A stretch of DNA of 32,000 nt from Tannockella kyphosi (GTDB lineage Bacteria > Bacillota_I > Bacilli_A > Erysipelotrichales > Coprobacillaceae), in NCBI RefSeq assembly GCF_021054785.1, contig NZ_CP088239.1, forward strand, positions 570,001 through 602,000. Reading direction: 5' to 3'. The notes under the pieces were generated by a model that searched no databases, had not been told where the DNA came from, and saw only the letters and a list, made by a program, of their open reading frames with translations. Numbering within the stretch: the stretch's first letter is position 1; each line of letters opens with the position of its first letter. This document shows, piece after piece, positions 9,810 through 17,933 of this stretch. Both the position numbers and the translations under genes were made by a program.

Positions 9810-11234
9810 ATGATCGTAGAAAGAAAAAAGAAGACTCGTATTGTTTGTACAATTGGACCAGCAAGTGAAGATGAAAAAATGATGAAAAAATTAATTATGG
9901 CAGGAATGAACGTTATGCGTTTAAATTTCTCTCATGGTGATTTTGAAGAACATGGTGGTAGAATTGTAACTGCTCGTAAATTAAGTGTGGAATGTAATAA
10001 AAATATTGCTATTTTATTAGATACAAAAGGACCTGAAATTCGTACAGGTGGATTCGTTGGTGGATCTACAGAATTTAAAAAAGGACAAACTTCAGTTATT
10101 TGTATTGAAGATATCGAAGGAACTAGCGATCGTTTTACTATTACTTATAAAGAATTATATAAAGATGTTAAACCAGGTGGTTTCATTTTAGTAAATGATG
10201 GTCAAGTAGAATTATTAGTGGATCATGTAGAAGGAACTGATATTGTTTGTGTTTGTGCAAATGATGGTGTTGTTAAAAACAGACGTGGTATTAACGTTCC
10301 AGGAATTAAATTAGGTTTTGATTACTTATCTGAAAAAGATATCGCTGATATTACTTTTGGATGTGAACAAAAAGTTAACTTTGTAGCTGCTTCTTTTGTA
10401 AGACGTGCACAAGATGTTTTAGATGTTAAAAAGTTATTAGTTGAAAATGGTCGTCCTGAAATTCAAATCATCGCTAAAATTGAAAATAGCGAAGGTGTTG
10501 ATAACATGGACGAAATCTTACAAGTTGCTGATGGTATCATGGTAGCTCGTGGAGACTTAGGGGTAGAAGTACCTGCTGAAGATGTACCATTAATTCAAAA
10601 AGAATTAATCAAAAAATGTAAAGCTGCTGGTAAAGTAGTAATTACTGCAACTCAAATGTTAGACAGTATGCAAGAAAACCCAAGACCAACTCGTGCTGAA
10701 GTAAGTGACGTTGCAAACGCTATTTATGATGGTACTGATGCAATCATGTTATCAGGAGAGTCTGCTCAAGGTAAGTATCCAGAAGAATCAGTTATGACAA
10801 TGACTAAAATTGCTTTAAAAACAGAAGGAACATTAGATTATGATAATTTAAGAATGCAAGCTGTGAAAACTGCTCATACAGATCCTTCAGAAGCTATTTG
10901 TATGTCAGTTGCTGAAATTGCATCTAAATTCCATGTTTCTGCAATCATCGTATTTACTGAAACAGGATCAACTGCAAGAAAAGTATCTAGATATCGTCCA
11001 GAATCTACAATCATTGCTGCTACTCCTTATGAACCAATTACTCGTTCATTAGCTTTAAACTGGGGTGTAAAAGGTACTGTATGTAAAACTATGGATAACC
11101 GTTTAGATCAATTAGAATATGCTAAAGTATTAGCTAGAGAAAATGGTGTTGAAACTGGAGAACAAATTATTGTTACTGGTGGTACACCAGGTGTTAAAGG
11201 TACAACTAGTTATTTAGAATTAGTAACTGTTTAA
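9810..11234 (+). CDS. pyk: Pyruvate kinase (copy 1, 474 aa, no C-terminal PEP-utilizer domain)
   Basis: Motifs TKIVCTIGPAS-like, MNVMRLNFSHG, LLDTKGPEIRTG, MVARGDLGVE and ITATQMLDSM. Sits directly after pfkA, as in the canonical operon. C-ending Asn, Tyr and Ile codons are visibly more frequent than in copy 2. Confidence 0.95.
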   Translation: MIVERKKKTRIVCTIGPASEDEKMMKKLIMAGMNVMRLNFSHGDFEEHGGRIVTARKLSVECNKNIAILLDTKGPEIRTGGFVGGSTEFKKGQTSVICIEDIEGTSDRFTITYKELYKDVKPGGFILVNDGQVELLVDHVEGTDIVCVCANDGVVKNRRGINVPGIKLGFDYLSEKDIADITFGCEQKVNFVAASFVRRAQDVLDVKKLLVENGRPEIQIIAKIENSEGVDNMDEILQVADGIMVARGDLGVEVPAEDVPLIQKELIKKCKAAGKVVITATQMLDSMQENPRPTRAEVSDVANAIYDGTDAIMLSGESAQGKYPEESVMTMTKIALKTEGTLDYDNLRMQAVKTAHTDPSEAICMSVAEIASKFHVSAIIVFTETGSTARKVSRYRPESTIIAATPYEPITRSLALNWGVKGTVCKTMDNRLDQLEYAKVLARENGVETGEQIIVTGGTPGVKGTTSYLELVTV

Positions 11235-11252
11235 TAATTTTATAATTAAACT

Positions 11253-11289
11253 GGCGCTTTAAAATCTAGCGGGGTTTAGCGTAAAAAAG
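11253..11289. repeat. ISL3 terminal inverted repeat (transposase-distal end)
   Basis: Matches the reverse complement of 12769-12810 with a few mismatches and indels. Confidence 0.75.
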
Positions 11290-11345
11290 CTTTAAAAAAG
11301 AGCGGGGATAATTTTCCCCGTTCTATTTTTAAAGCCAATGCGAAC
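11289..11345. terminator. Hairpin inside the IS end; likely transposase terminator that could also stop pyk read-through
   Basis: GCTTTAAAAAAGAGCGGGG (11289-11307), loop ATAATTTT, CCCCGTTCTATTTTTAAAGC (11316-11335). On the - strand the hairpin is followed by TTTTTTAC, just downstream of the transposase stop. On the + strand the GC core is followed by TTCTATTTTT. Confidence 0.5.
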
Positions 11346-11361
11346 ATAAATTACAGTTTTT

Positions 11362-12717
11362 TTATTTTTTCGATTTTTTGTAGGGGCCCCTTGGTGATCC
11401 TACTCTTTTTATTCTGGTAGAATGTTCACTTATAGTATATGTTTCGTATAAGTTTTGAGAGTAGATGAACTTATTTCGGGCTCTTTGGAAATTACTTAGC
11501 CCATTCCCGTTGCTTATGATCTTTTTGATATAGTTGTTTTTCCCTTCTATAGGTCCATTGGATAATCTTCGATTATCTATCCAGTGAAAAGAATTTAATA
11601 TCTCTACTTTCCAATTTTTTAAAGTGCTTGCACAGTCTATCATTTCTTGGATGTTGGATAGAAGCATCTTCTTGATTAAAGAATCTAATTCTTGTTCTTT
11701 CTTTTCTCTGGAAACAAATGTAGTTGAGTCATCATCTTGAAAAGCAATAAACTCTTCTTTTATCTTATATGCGTTATGTAAAACATCGCTAATATTTAAT
11801 AGCTCTCTTAGTAGTGCTGTTTTTGTGGTTGTATACTTTAGTAAGTAATCATAGTATAAATTCTCAAAGTCTAGAGTGTCCTTATTTTTTAATAGTATGT
11901 AATATCTACTTTTGAGCAGTTTATATTCTAATTTGTCTTTATCTTCACTAAAGGAACGCATAATACGTTTTCTCACACTGTTCAAAGAATCAGTTACTTT
12001 TTTTGTTGCATGGAACGGATCAATAGAAATAACTGCATCGGGAAAGAAAATATGTGCTATATCAGCATAATTTTGATACATATCAATGATAATATATTTT
12101 ACTTTCTCTCTTTCTTTTAAAGGAATACTAAAAAAATAGTTGGTTAAGTCTTCGTTCCATCTAGATTCTACTATATCAATAATATACTTTTTACGAAAAT
12201 CCATGATCATAAAAGCGTATTTTTTTTCAGCGTGTCGGTTGAAATAAAATTCATCCCAACAGAGTATATCGGTTAATTGTTTTCTAGGTATTTGAACATG
12301 TTTGTCAAAAATATCAACAACTGTACCAACAGAAACATGATACTTAGAAGCAATACTAGAATAGGTAGCTGTATAAGGCTTCAAGTCATTTAATATATTA
12401 ATGATAGTAGTAGGAGTTAGTGTTTTTCTACTGTTTCCAAAAGGATTAGGTTCAATAAAAGTTTTCTTACAGTGATTGCATTTATAACGACGCTGACGAT
12501 AGAATATAGTAGTGTCACAATGAATAATAACTTTATGTTTTAATTCTCTAGTTTTATAATCTTTTACAGTGCTTGTAATGGAACCACAGTGAGGACAGAC
12601 TTGTTTTCTTTGTTTGAAAGTTACTAGGAAATCAGAATGATTTGATTGAACAACAGAATCAATGAATTGTATATCTTGTGCTTTTAAATCTAAAAGATTA
12701 ATGATAAAATCGTACAT
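11362..12717 (-). CDS. ISL3-family transposase
   Basis: 451 aa. N-terminal zinc-finger pairs (CPHCG...CNHC), typical of zf-ISL3, are followed by a DDE-type catalytic region. RBS GGAAGGAG upstream. Flanked by the inverted repeats. Confidence 0.9.
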   Translation of the reverse strand: MYDFIINLLDLKAQDIQFIDSVVQSNHSDFLVTFKQRKQVCPHCGSITSTVKDYKTRELKHKVIIHCDTTIFYRQRRYKCNHCKKTFIEPNPFGNSRKTLTPTTIINILNDLKPYTATYSSIASKYHVSVGTVVDIFDKHVQIPRKQLTDILCWDEFYFNRHAEKKYAFMIMDFRKKYIIDIVESRWNEDLTNYFFSIPLKEREKVKYIIIDMYQNYADIAHIFFPDAVISIDPFHATKKVTDSLNSVRKRIMRSFSEDKDKLEYKLLKSRYYILLKNKDTLDFENLYYDYLLKYTTTKTALLRELLNISDVLHNAYKIKEEFIAFQDDDSTTFVSREKKEQELDSLIKKMLLSNIQEMIDCASTLKNWKVEILNSFHWIDNRRLSNGPIEGKNNYIKKIISNGNGLSNFQRARNKFIYSQNLYETYTISEHSTRIKRVGSPRGPYKKSKK

Positions 12718-12768
12718 AGAATCTCCTTCCTTTTAATTTTGTTCGCAAACTAATTATAACAGGAGATT

Positions 12769-12810
12769 CTTTTTTTTGCCTAAAATCACCCCGCACTAGA
12801 TTTAAAGCGC
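12769..12810. repeat. ISL3 terminal inverted repeat (transposase-proximal end)
   Basis: Reverse complement matches 11253-11289. Confidence 0.75.
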
Positions 12811-12832
12811 TAAATTTAAGTGAAAGAAAAGA

Positions 12833-12884
12833 CCCCGACTTATATTTAAAGCCTAGGTCCTTCCCCGCGATAATTTAATATACC
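12833..12884. repeat. Two additional IS-end-like motif copies outside the IS (solo-IR relics or a repeated element)
   Basis: CCCCGACTTATATTTAAAGCC (12833-12853) and CCCCGCGATAATTTAATATACC (12863-12884) have the same orientation and pattern as the true end, CCCCGCACTAGATTTAAAGCGC (12789-12810). Confidence 0.45.
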
Positions 12885-12888
12885 ATTA

Positions 12889-12920
12889 AACTTCACTTTA
12901 TAAGTGAGGTTTTTTATTTT
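12889..12920 (+). terminator. Rho-independent terminator, probably the original pyk terminator displaced by the IS
   Basis: Stem CTTCACT (12891-12897) pairs with AGTGAGG (12903-12909) with one G-U pair, around loop TTATA, followed by TTTTTTATTTT. No + strand gene ends near it except pyk, once the IS is removed. Confidence 0.6.
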
Positions 12921-13049
12921 GTCAAAATAAGATGTGTACTAATCAAAAAATATAAAATAAAAAAACATTGATGCCAAAATTATTTACTTTTGTTCTTTTA
13001 TATGCTAATTTCAAGTGGATTATTAGTTCAAAAAAGGAGGAGAATAATA

Positions 13050-14624
13050 GTGAAAAAAATTTGGAAAGTAGTAATCGCAAGTATTATTTTATTTAGTAGT
13101 AGTGTTAATATTTATGCAACACAAGAAGAGGTTAGCTTGTCAGTATTTACAGATAGTGTTTTTAAAACAAAAGTATCTGCATACGATGACGACAATAACG
13201 GGTCTTTATCTGCTAGTGAAATAGCTTCAATTTCGTCATTGAAATTTTATGAAGATGGCGATGAGTTTTTAACTAATTTAGACGGTATTGAATATTTAAC
13301 AAGTTTAAAAACTTTGTGTTGTGAAAACACAAACTTGGCGGGGTCCTTAGATTTAACCAGTAATATTAATTTACAAAATTTAAAATGTTACAATACTAAC
13401 TTAACAAGTATTAATGCAAGTGGTTTAGAGAATCTTTCTTTGTTTTGGGTTTCAAGTGATACACTAGTAGAAGTGTTACCACCTGATGGATATACTGTAC
13501 AAGATGGTATTGTTTATGATGATTATGGCGGTGCGGTATGTGTATTTAATCAATCGGGTAGTACTCTATATTATGCTGGAAATGAAATTCAGTTTAATTA
13601 TTTTTCGGTAGTTGGAGAAACATCTTTTGATACAATTAGTTTTGGAGATGCTACATACATTACGGCTGGGGCTCTTTACAATGCAACTGATGTTACAACT
13701 TTAATCTTTGAAGGAACTTCTAGAATGTATGCATGTGATTATCTAGGTGTATATGATGTATTACATGAGACAATTTACTATGGAGAGACATCATTAGAGG
13801 AGATTTACTTTAAAGGTGACGCCCCATTGTTTTTCTATGAATATTTGCAAGATGATGGAGGTGGTATTTGCAGGGAAGAAGACTTGGACGATAGTTATGC
13901 TTATTTTGGAGATTTAGAAATCACTGTATATTATCCTGCTGATAATGAAACGTGGACTGACACAAAGATGAGCTTTTTTGGTGATAATGTTACATTTGTA
14001 GAATGGGACCCTAATGAAGTCAATGCAGATGTTTCTTCTGATAGCAATGCATCGTTAGATATCACACAAGATCAAGCAAACGCATTGTTTAGTGATGAAG
14101 AGCTGTCTTCAGGAAAAGAATTAAACGTAGTGTTATCAGTTAGTGAAAAAACAACAGATGACATTACAAATGATGAATTATCAGCGATAGAAACAGTAAC
14201 TGCAACTATTGATGGTACTATTACAGTTGTTACTGTTTTTGATATTGACTTACTTAAGTATGTAGGGGATGATGTTTCTAATTTAACAGAATTATCATCA
14301 GGGATAACAATTACCATTGATATTCCAGAAAATTTAGTAGATGCTAATAAAGAATATGTTATTGTTAGAATTCATGAGGGGGTTGCAACTATCTTAGAAG
14401 ACTTAGATACAGATCCAAATACAATAACTTTTGAAACTGGTTATTTTTCAACATATTTGTTAGCAGAAGTGGAATCAACGGTAGAAGAAGAGGACTCAAC
14501 AATCAATGTGCCAGATACTGGTGACATGTCAAATGTTGTTCTTTATATAATGCTATCAATGACAACAGTTGTGGCTTTTACATGTGATTCATGGATGAAA
14601 AGAAGATATAAAATAGTAAATTAA
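13050..14624 (+). CDS. Cell-surface leucine-rich-repeat protein (internalin-like and BspA-like LRR) with an LPXTG-type sorting signal variant
   Basis: I prefer GTG 13050 (RBS AAGGAGG 13034-13040), which gives signal peptide VKKIWKVVIASIILFSSSVNIYA. LRR units include LTNLDGIEYLTSLKTLCCENTNL and LTSNINLQNLKCYNTNLTSINASGLENL. An EF-hand/dockerin-like DDDNNGSLSASEI segment is present. The C-terminus is VPDTG, then a hydrophobic helix, then KRRYK. Confidence 0.75.
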   Translation: MKKIWKVVIASIILFSSSVNIYATQEEVSLSVFTDSVFKTKVSAYDDDNNGSLSASEIASISSLKFYEDGDEFLTNLDGIEYLTSLKTLCCENTNLAGSLDLTSNINLQNLKCYNTNLTSINASGLENLSLFWVSSDTLVEVLPPDGYTVQDGIVYDDYGGAVCVFNQSGSTLYYAGNEIQFNYFSVVGETSFDTISFGDATYITAGALYNATDVTTLIFEGTSRMYACDYLGVYDVLHETIYYGETSLEEIYFKGDAPLFFYEYLQDDGGGICREEDLDDSYAYFGDLEITVYYPADNETWTDTKMSFFGDNVTFVEWDPNEVNADVSSDSNASLDITQDQANALFSDEELSSGKELNVVLSVSEKTTDDITNDELSAIETVTATIDGTITVVTVFDIDLLKYVGDDVSNLTELSSGITITIDIPENLVDANKEYVIVRIHEGVATILEDLDTDPNTITFETGYFSTYLLAEVESTVEEEDSTINVPDTGDMSNVVLYIMLSMTTVVAFTCDSWMKRRYKIVN

Positions 14625-14639
14625 TAATAATTAGCACAC

Positions 14640-14668
14640 AAAAGCCCTATTAAACAATAGGGCTTTTA
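14640..14668. terminator. Bidirectional terminator between the convergent LRR and GH25 genes
   Basis: AAAAGCCCTATT, loop AAAC, AATAGGGCTTTT. U-rich tails are possible on both strands. Confidence 0.65.
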
Positions 14669-14692
14669 AATCACTTTTTTAAGTAATTAAGT

Positions 14693-16168
14693 TTATTCAA
14701 CTACTTCTAGATAACTACTAATACAATAATATGTTTCTCCTTGATAAACAACCCTAGACCATCCTTCACTAGAAACTCCAGTACGAGTAGCAGTATCATC
14801 ACTTGTTAATTGTGTAATAACAGTGGAACTATCTTCCACACTAGGGATATCTCTTAAATTAATAACATCTTTTGCAGTAACTGTTTCATTGACATCACTA
14901 AATACAGTAGTAAAGGTTTCTACTTCTTCTTCTTCTTCTTGAGGAGTTACATAAGATGTCTCTGTAGTAATAAGGCTACTAACTACATACCCAACTTCAC
15001 CATTAAAGCTAATCTTAGACCAACCACTTGTAAAATAGCCAAGTCTTGTAACAACAGTTCCATTATTTAATTCTCCAATAATATTACTACTATCACTTTG
15101 ATCCATGGAACTCCGTACATTTACAACATCTTTTGCAGTAACAGAATCATTGGTTGTAGTAAAACTTCCTAAACTTTCATCACTAGGGATATCAACAACA
15201 GTAGAGGAGCTACTTTTTGGAGTGGCAGCTTTGGATACACCGAAATATGCATAATTCAAGTCGACACTAGTACTAATACCAGTGATCGTACCACTATCAC
15301 TATATTGCCACATATTGCAATAATCACTAGCATCACTAAATGTTCCATATTTTGCTATCCACAATCGATAACTACTACTAATCATATCTTTATCCCATAA
15401 ATCCTCTACAAAATAATGAGAACTAGAAGCATAAAACATACCAACATAACCTCTGCTTTCTACTTGTTCTAAAAAAGCAACTGCTATTTCACTACGTTCT
15501 TCAACAGTTAAACCATACTGACGACTAGATGTACTATCAAAGTTTTCACAGTTATAGACAACAGGATAACTAATAGAATAACTATCAATAATATCACATA
15601 CAAAATTAGCTTCTTCAATAGCTTCTGCTACCGTAATAGCAGTAGAAAAGAAATAAGCTCCACAATAAATACCATTTGCAGTAGCTTCTTGCAAATTATA
15701 TTGGGCACAAGAATCTTCTTGGATAGTCCCAGATGAAATCCCTCTAGATCCTATTTTGATCATTGCAAAATCAACATCAACTAAATCCCAATCAATAATA
15801 CCTTGATAATAGGAAACATCAATTCCAGTTGTTGTATTATTAGTTTGATTTGAAATTGATTTATAACTAGGAACAAAAACAGATAACTTTTCATCTTCCT
15901 CTGTTTCTATGTCTTCTTCTACCTCTTCTTCTATTTCTTCTTCTGTTTCCTCATTTGATTCTTCTATATCTAAATCTTCTATTTCTTCCTTTAACTCAGT
16001 TTCTTCTTGATCTAATGAGGGTGTTTGTTCATAGAATAAAAAATAATAACCAGCACAACTTATCAAAAGAAATATCGAAATAAATAGAATACTTTTTTTC
16101 TTATGATTACTTACAAATTGTTTTAATGATTTTATATTATGGCTAAACCAATCTTTATATTTATTCAT
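14693..16168 (-). CDS. Membrane-anchored GH25 muramidase (lysozyme) with two C-terminal SH3b domains
   Basis: N-terminal TM helix (ILFISIFLLISCAGYYFLF), then a Glu-rich linker. The GH25 core is GIDVSYYQGIIDWDLVDVDFAMIKIGSRG ... VDLNYAYF. Two SH3b repeats start with VTAKDV(V/I)N(V/L)R and end with GW(S)K/RV...G(E)(V/T)(G)Y. Confidence 0.85.
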   Translation of the reverse strand: MNKYKDWFSHNIKSLKQFVSNHKKKSILFISIFLLISCAGYYFLFYEQTPSLDQEETELKEEIEDLDIEESNEETEEEIEEEVEEDIETEEDEKLSVFVPSYKSISNQTNNTTTGIDVSYYQGIIDWDLVDVDFAMIKIGSRGISSGTIQEDSCAQYNLQEATANGIYCGAYFFSTAITVAEAIEEANFVCDIIDSYSISYPVVYNCENFDSTSSRQYGLTVEERSEIAVAFLEQVESRGYVGMFYASSSHYFVEDLWDKDMISSSYRLWIAKYGTFSDASDYCNMWQYSDSGTITGISTSVDLNYAYFGVSKAATPKSSSSTVVDIPSDESLGSFTTTNDSVTAKDVVNVRSSMDQSDSSNIIGELNNGTVVTRLGYFTSGWSKISFNGEVGYVVSSLITTETSYVTPQEEEEEVETFTTVFSDVNETVTAKDVINLRDIPSVEDSSTVITQLTSDDTATRTGVSSEGWSRVVYQGETYYCISSYLEVVE

Positions 16169-16191
16169 ATATAAATTTCCCCCTTTTTGGG

Positions 16192-16220
16192 ATTATAACA
16201 TAAAATAAAACAATCATTAA
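16192..16220 (-). promoter_or_regulatory. Putative promoter of the GH25 gene
   Basis: On the - strand: TTAATG, a 17 nt spacer, then extended -10 TGtTATAAT (reverse complement of 16192-16200), followed by RBS AAAGGGGGA. Confidence 0.45.
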
Positions 16221-16292
16221 TATAATTTAAAAATAACATAGAATATAGAAGAAAAAAGATGATTTTAACATAGTTTTCTAAAATAATTGTAA

Positions 16293-16322
16293 TTGTACAT
16301 TTTAAGTAGAATATTGTAAGAT
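16293..16322 (+). promoter_or_regulatory. Possible promoter of cutC
   Basis: TTGTAC (16293-16298), an 18 nt spacer, TAAGAT (16317-16322). A weak call in a very AT-rich region. Confidence 0.3.
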
Positions 16323-16350
16323 ATAAGTATAAATGGTAAGGAGAAAACAA

Positions 16351-17076
16351 ATGATTGAGATATGTTGTGGAAGTTATTATGATGCAATGCAAGCGTATAT
16401 AGGAGGGGTAACTAGAATTGAGTTAAATAGTGCACTACATTTGGGTGGTTTAACACCATCTGTTGCTAGTTTGGTCTTAACCAAAACAAATACACAATTA
16501 GAAGTAATGTGTATGATTCGTTGTAGAGGTGCTGGATTTTGTTATTTAGAAGAAGAATATATACAAATGTTTCTGGAAGCTAGAGACTTATTAGAGGCAG
16601 GAGCAGATGGGATAGTATTTGGCTTTTTAGAGGAAGATAGAACGATTAATATTGAAAAAACAAAACAAATGATAGAATTAATTAAAGAATATAACAAAGT
16701 GGCAGTATTTCATCGTGCCATTGATTGTGTTAAACAAGTAGATGATGCAATGAATTTATTAATTGATTTAGGTATTGATAGGGTATTAACAAGTGGTGGT
16801 CAAGCAACTGCGATAGCAGGAAAAACAAATATCAAAGAATTGCTTCTAAAATATGGAAAACAAATAGAAATATTACCAGGAAGTGGGATTAATTTTAAGA
16901 ATGTAAATGATTTTGTATTAGAAACAGGAGTAACTCAAGTTCATTCTTCTTGTAAAGAATGGTTAGTAGATAAGACAACACATCAAGGGAATGTGGATTT
17001 TAGTTATCAAAGGGAAAATGAGTTTGAAGTAGTATCTTTAGAGTATGTCCGTGGCATATTAGAGAACATGAAATAA
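16351..17076 (+). CDS. cutC: CutC-family protein (copper homeostasis protein CutC, TIM barrel)
   Basis: MIEICCGSYYDAMQAYIGGVTRIELNSALHLGGLTPS is the typical CutC N-terminus. ATG 16351 has RBS AAGGAG 7 nt upstream, so I prefer it to the ORF-track start 16333. Confidence 0.85.
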   Translation: MIEICCGSYYDAMQAYIGGVTRIELNSALHLGGLTPSVASLVLTKTNTQLEVMCMIRCRGAGFCYLEEEYIQMFLEARDLLEAGADGIVFGFLEEDRTINIEKTKQMIELIKEYNKVAVFHRAIDCVKQVDDAMNLLIDLGIDRVLTSGGQATAIAGKTNIKELLLKYGKQIEILPGSGINFKNVNDFVLETGVTQVHSSCKEWLVDKTTHQGNVDFSYQRENEFEVVSLEYVRGILENMK

Positions 17077-17147
17077 CAAAAATAGTTCTTTATTGATGAT
17101 TTTTTTTATAGTATAATTTTGATTATGGAATAATGGGGAGGTAATTC

Positions 17148-17933
17148 ATGGAAAAGAAAAAAGCACAGTTTATTTTCACACTTGGTTTTAGTGCTATTGT
17201 TATTTTTTCTTTATATTTATTCTATCCTATTTTTGAGTTTCATACTTATAATGAAGTAGTGTATGAGGAGTATATTATATCGTTAGAAGATGATCAATTT
17301 AGTATTCAAAATTTTGAATACTTCGCTAATGAAGAAATACAACAAATTGGTGGGGGAACAATTACTATTTATGATGATGCTTGGTTGCAATATGAAAATT
17401 TTATTGTAACTTTGTATGATGAAGAAGAAGTGATTTATTGTGAAAATATAGAAATTATTGATGAAGTATATGAATATGTATTAAATAGTTTTGGTTATAT
17501 TGATCAAGAACATACAACATTAGGAGAGTTGAAAGTATCCATTGAGTTGGAAGATGAAAAGAGTTACTATTTAGATGTGACAAAAGTTATGTTAACGGAA
17601 ATAACTGCAAATACGAAAGAATATCGTTTAGAAAGTATTTATATAGATCATGGTTTTATGCGTTTAGGAAAGTTGAATTTTGTTTCAGATATAAGTGAGT
17701 ATGATACTATTTCATTAGAATATCGTTATGTGTTTGAGGATGATTATGTTGTTTTTTATAAGGTTTTAGAAACAATAGAAGATTATGAAGAAATAGTGTT
17801 TGATCCTGTTTATTATAGTAGTGATATAGATGGAGATTTGTTAGAGAAACAGATGAGTGTGGTAGTTATTTTAAGTAACTCAAATAGCGAAGAGGAATAT
17901 GTTTTCTCGATAGAATTGGGGGATGAAGAATAA
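17148..17933 (+). CDS. Hypothetical membrane-anchored protein with an acidic, Tyr/Glu-rich extracytoplasmic domain
   Basis: RBS GGGGAGG upstream. One N-terminal TM helix (FIFTLGFSAIVIFSLYLFYPIF). I recognise no family. No terminator separates it from cutC. Confidence 0.6.
   Translation: MEKKKAQFIFTLGFSAIVIFSLYLFYPIFEFHTYNEVVYEEYIISLEDDQFSIQNFEYFANEEIQQIGGGTITIYDDAWLQYENFIVTLYDEEEVIYCENIEIIDEVYEYVLNSFGYIDQEHTTLGELKVSIELEDEKSYYLDVTKVMLTEITANTKEYRLESIYIDHGFMRLGKLNFVSDISEYDTISLEYRYVFEDDYVVFYKVLETIEDYEEIVFDPVYYSSDIDGDLLEKQMSVVVILSNSNSEEEYVFSIELGDEE

Larger units (their letters stand above)
11253..12810 (-). mobile_element. ISL3-family insertion sequence, apparently intact (about 1.56 kb)
   Basis: A single transposase ORF is bounded by imperfect terminal inverted repeats: GGCGCTTTAAAATCTAGCGGGGTTTAGCGTAAAAAAG (11253-11289) against the reverse complement of 12769-12810 (GCGCTTTAAATCTAGTGCGGGGTGATTTTAGGCAAAAAAAAG). 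A second inner inverted match, TGCGAACA(T)AAATTA, lies at 11339-11353 and 12734-12747. I could not identify a clean 8 bp target duplication, so the ends are good to only a few nt. Confidence 0.85.

Noticed and set aside
11245-12820. An 8 bp target-site duplication flanking the ISL3 element.
   Set aside because: The flanks (…ATAATTAAACT | and | TAAATTTAAG…) are both AT-rich but not identical at any boundary choice I tried. I therefore do not claim a duplication, and the exact termini remain uncertain.
16165-16392. A 75 aa ORF on the - strand spanning the GH25/cutC divergent promoter region.
   Set aside because: It overlaps the cutC start and the GH25 start codon region. Its sequence is extremely AT-rich and hydrophobic by composition, and it has no RBS. 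The region is better explained as two divergent promoters.
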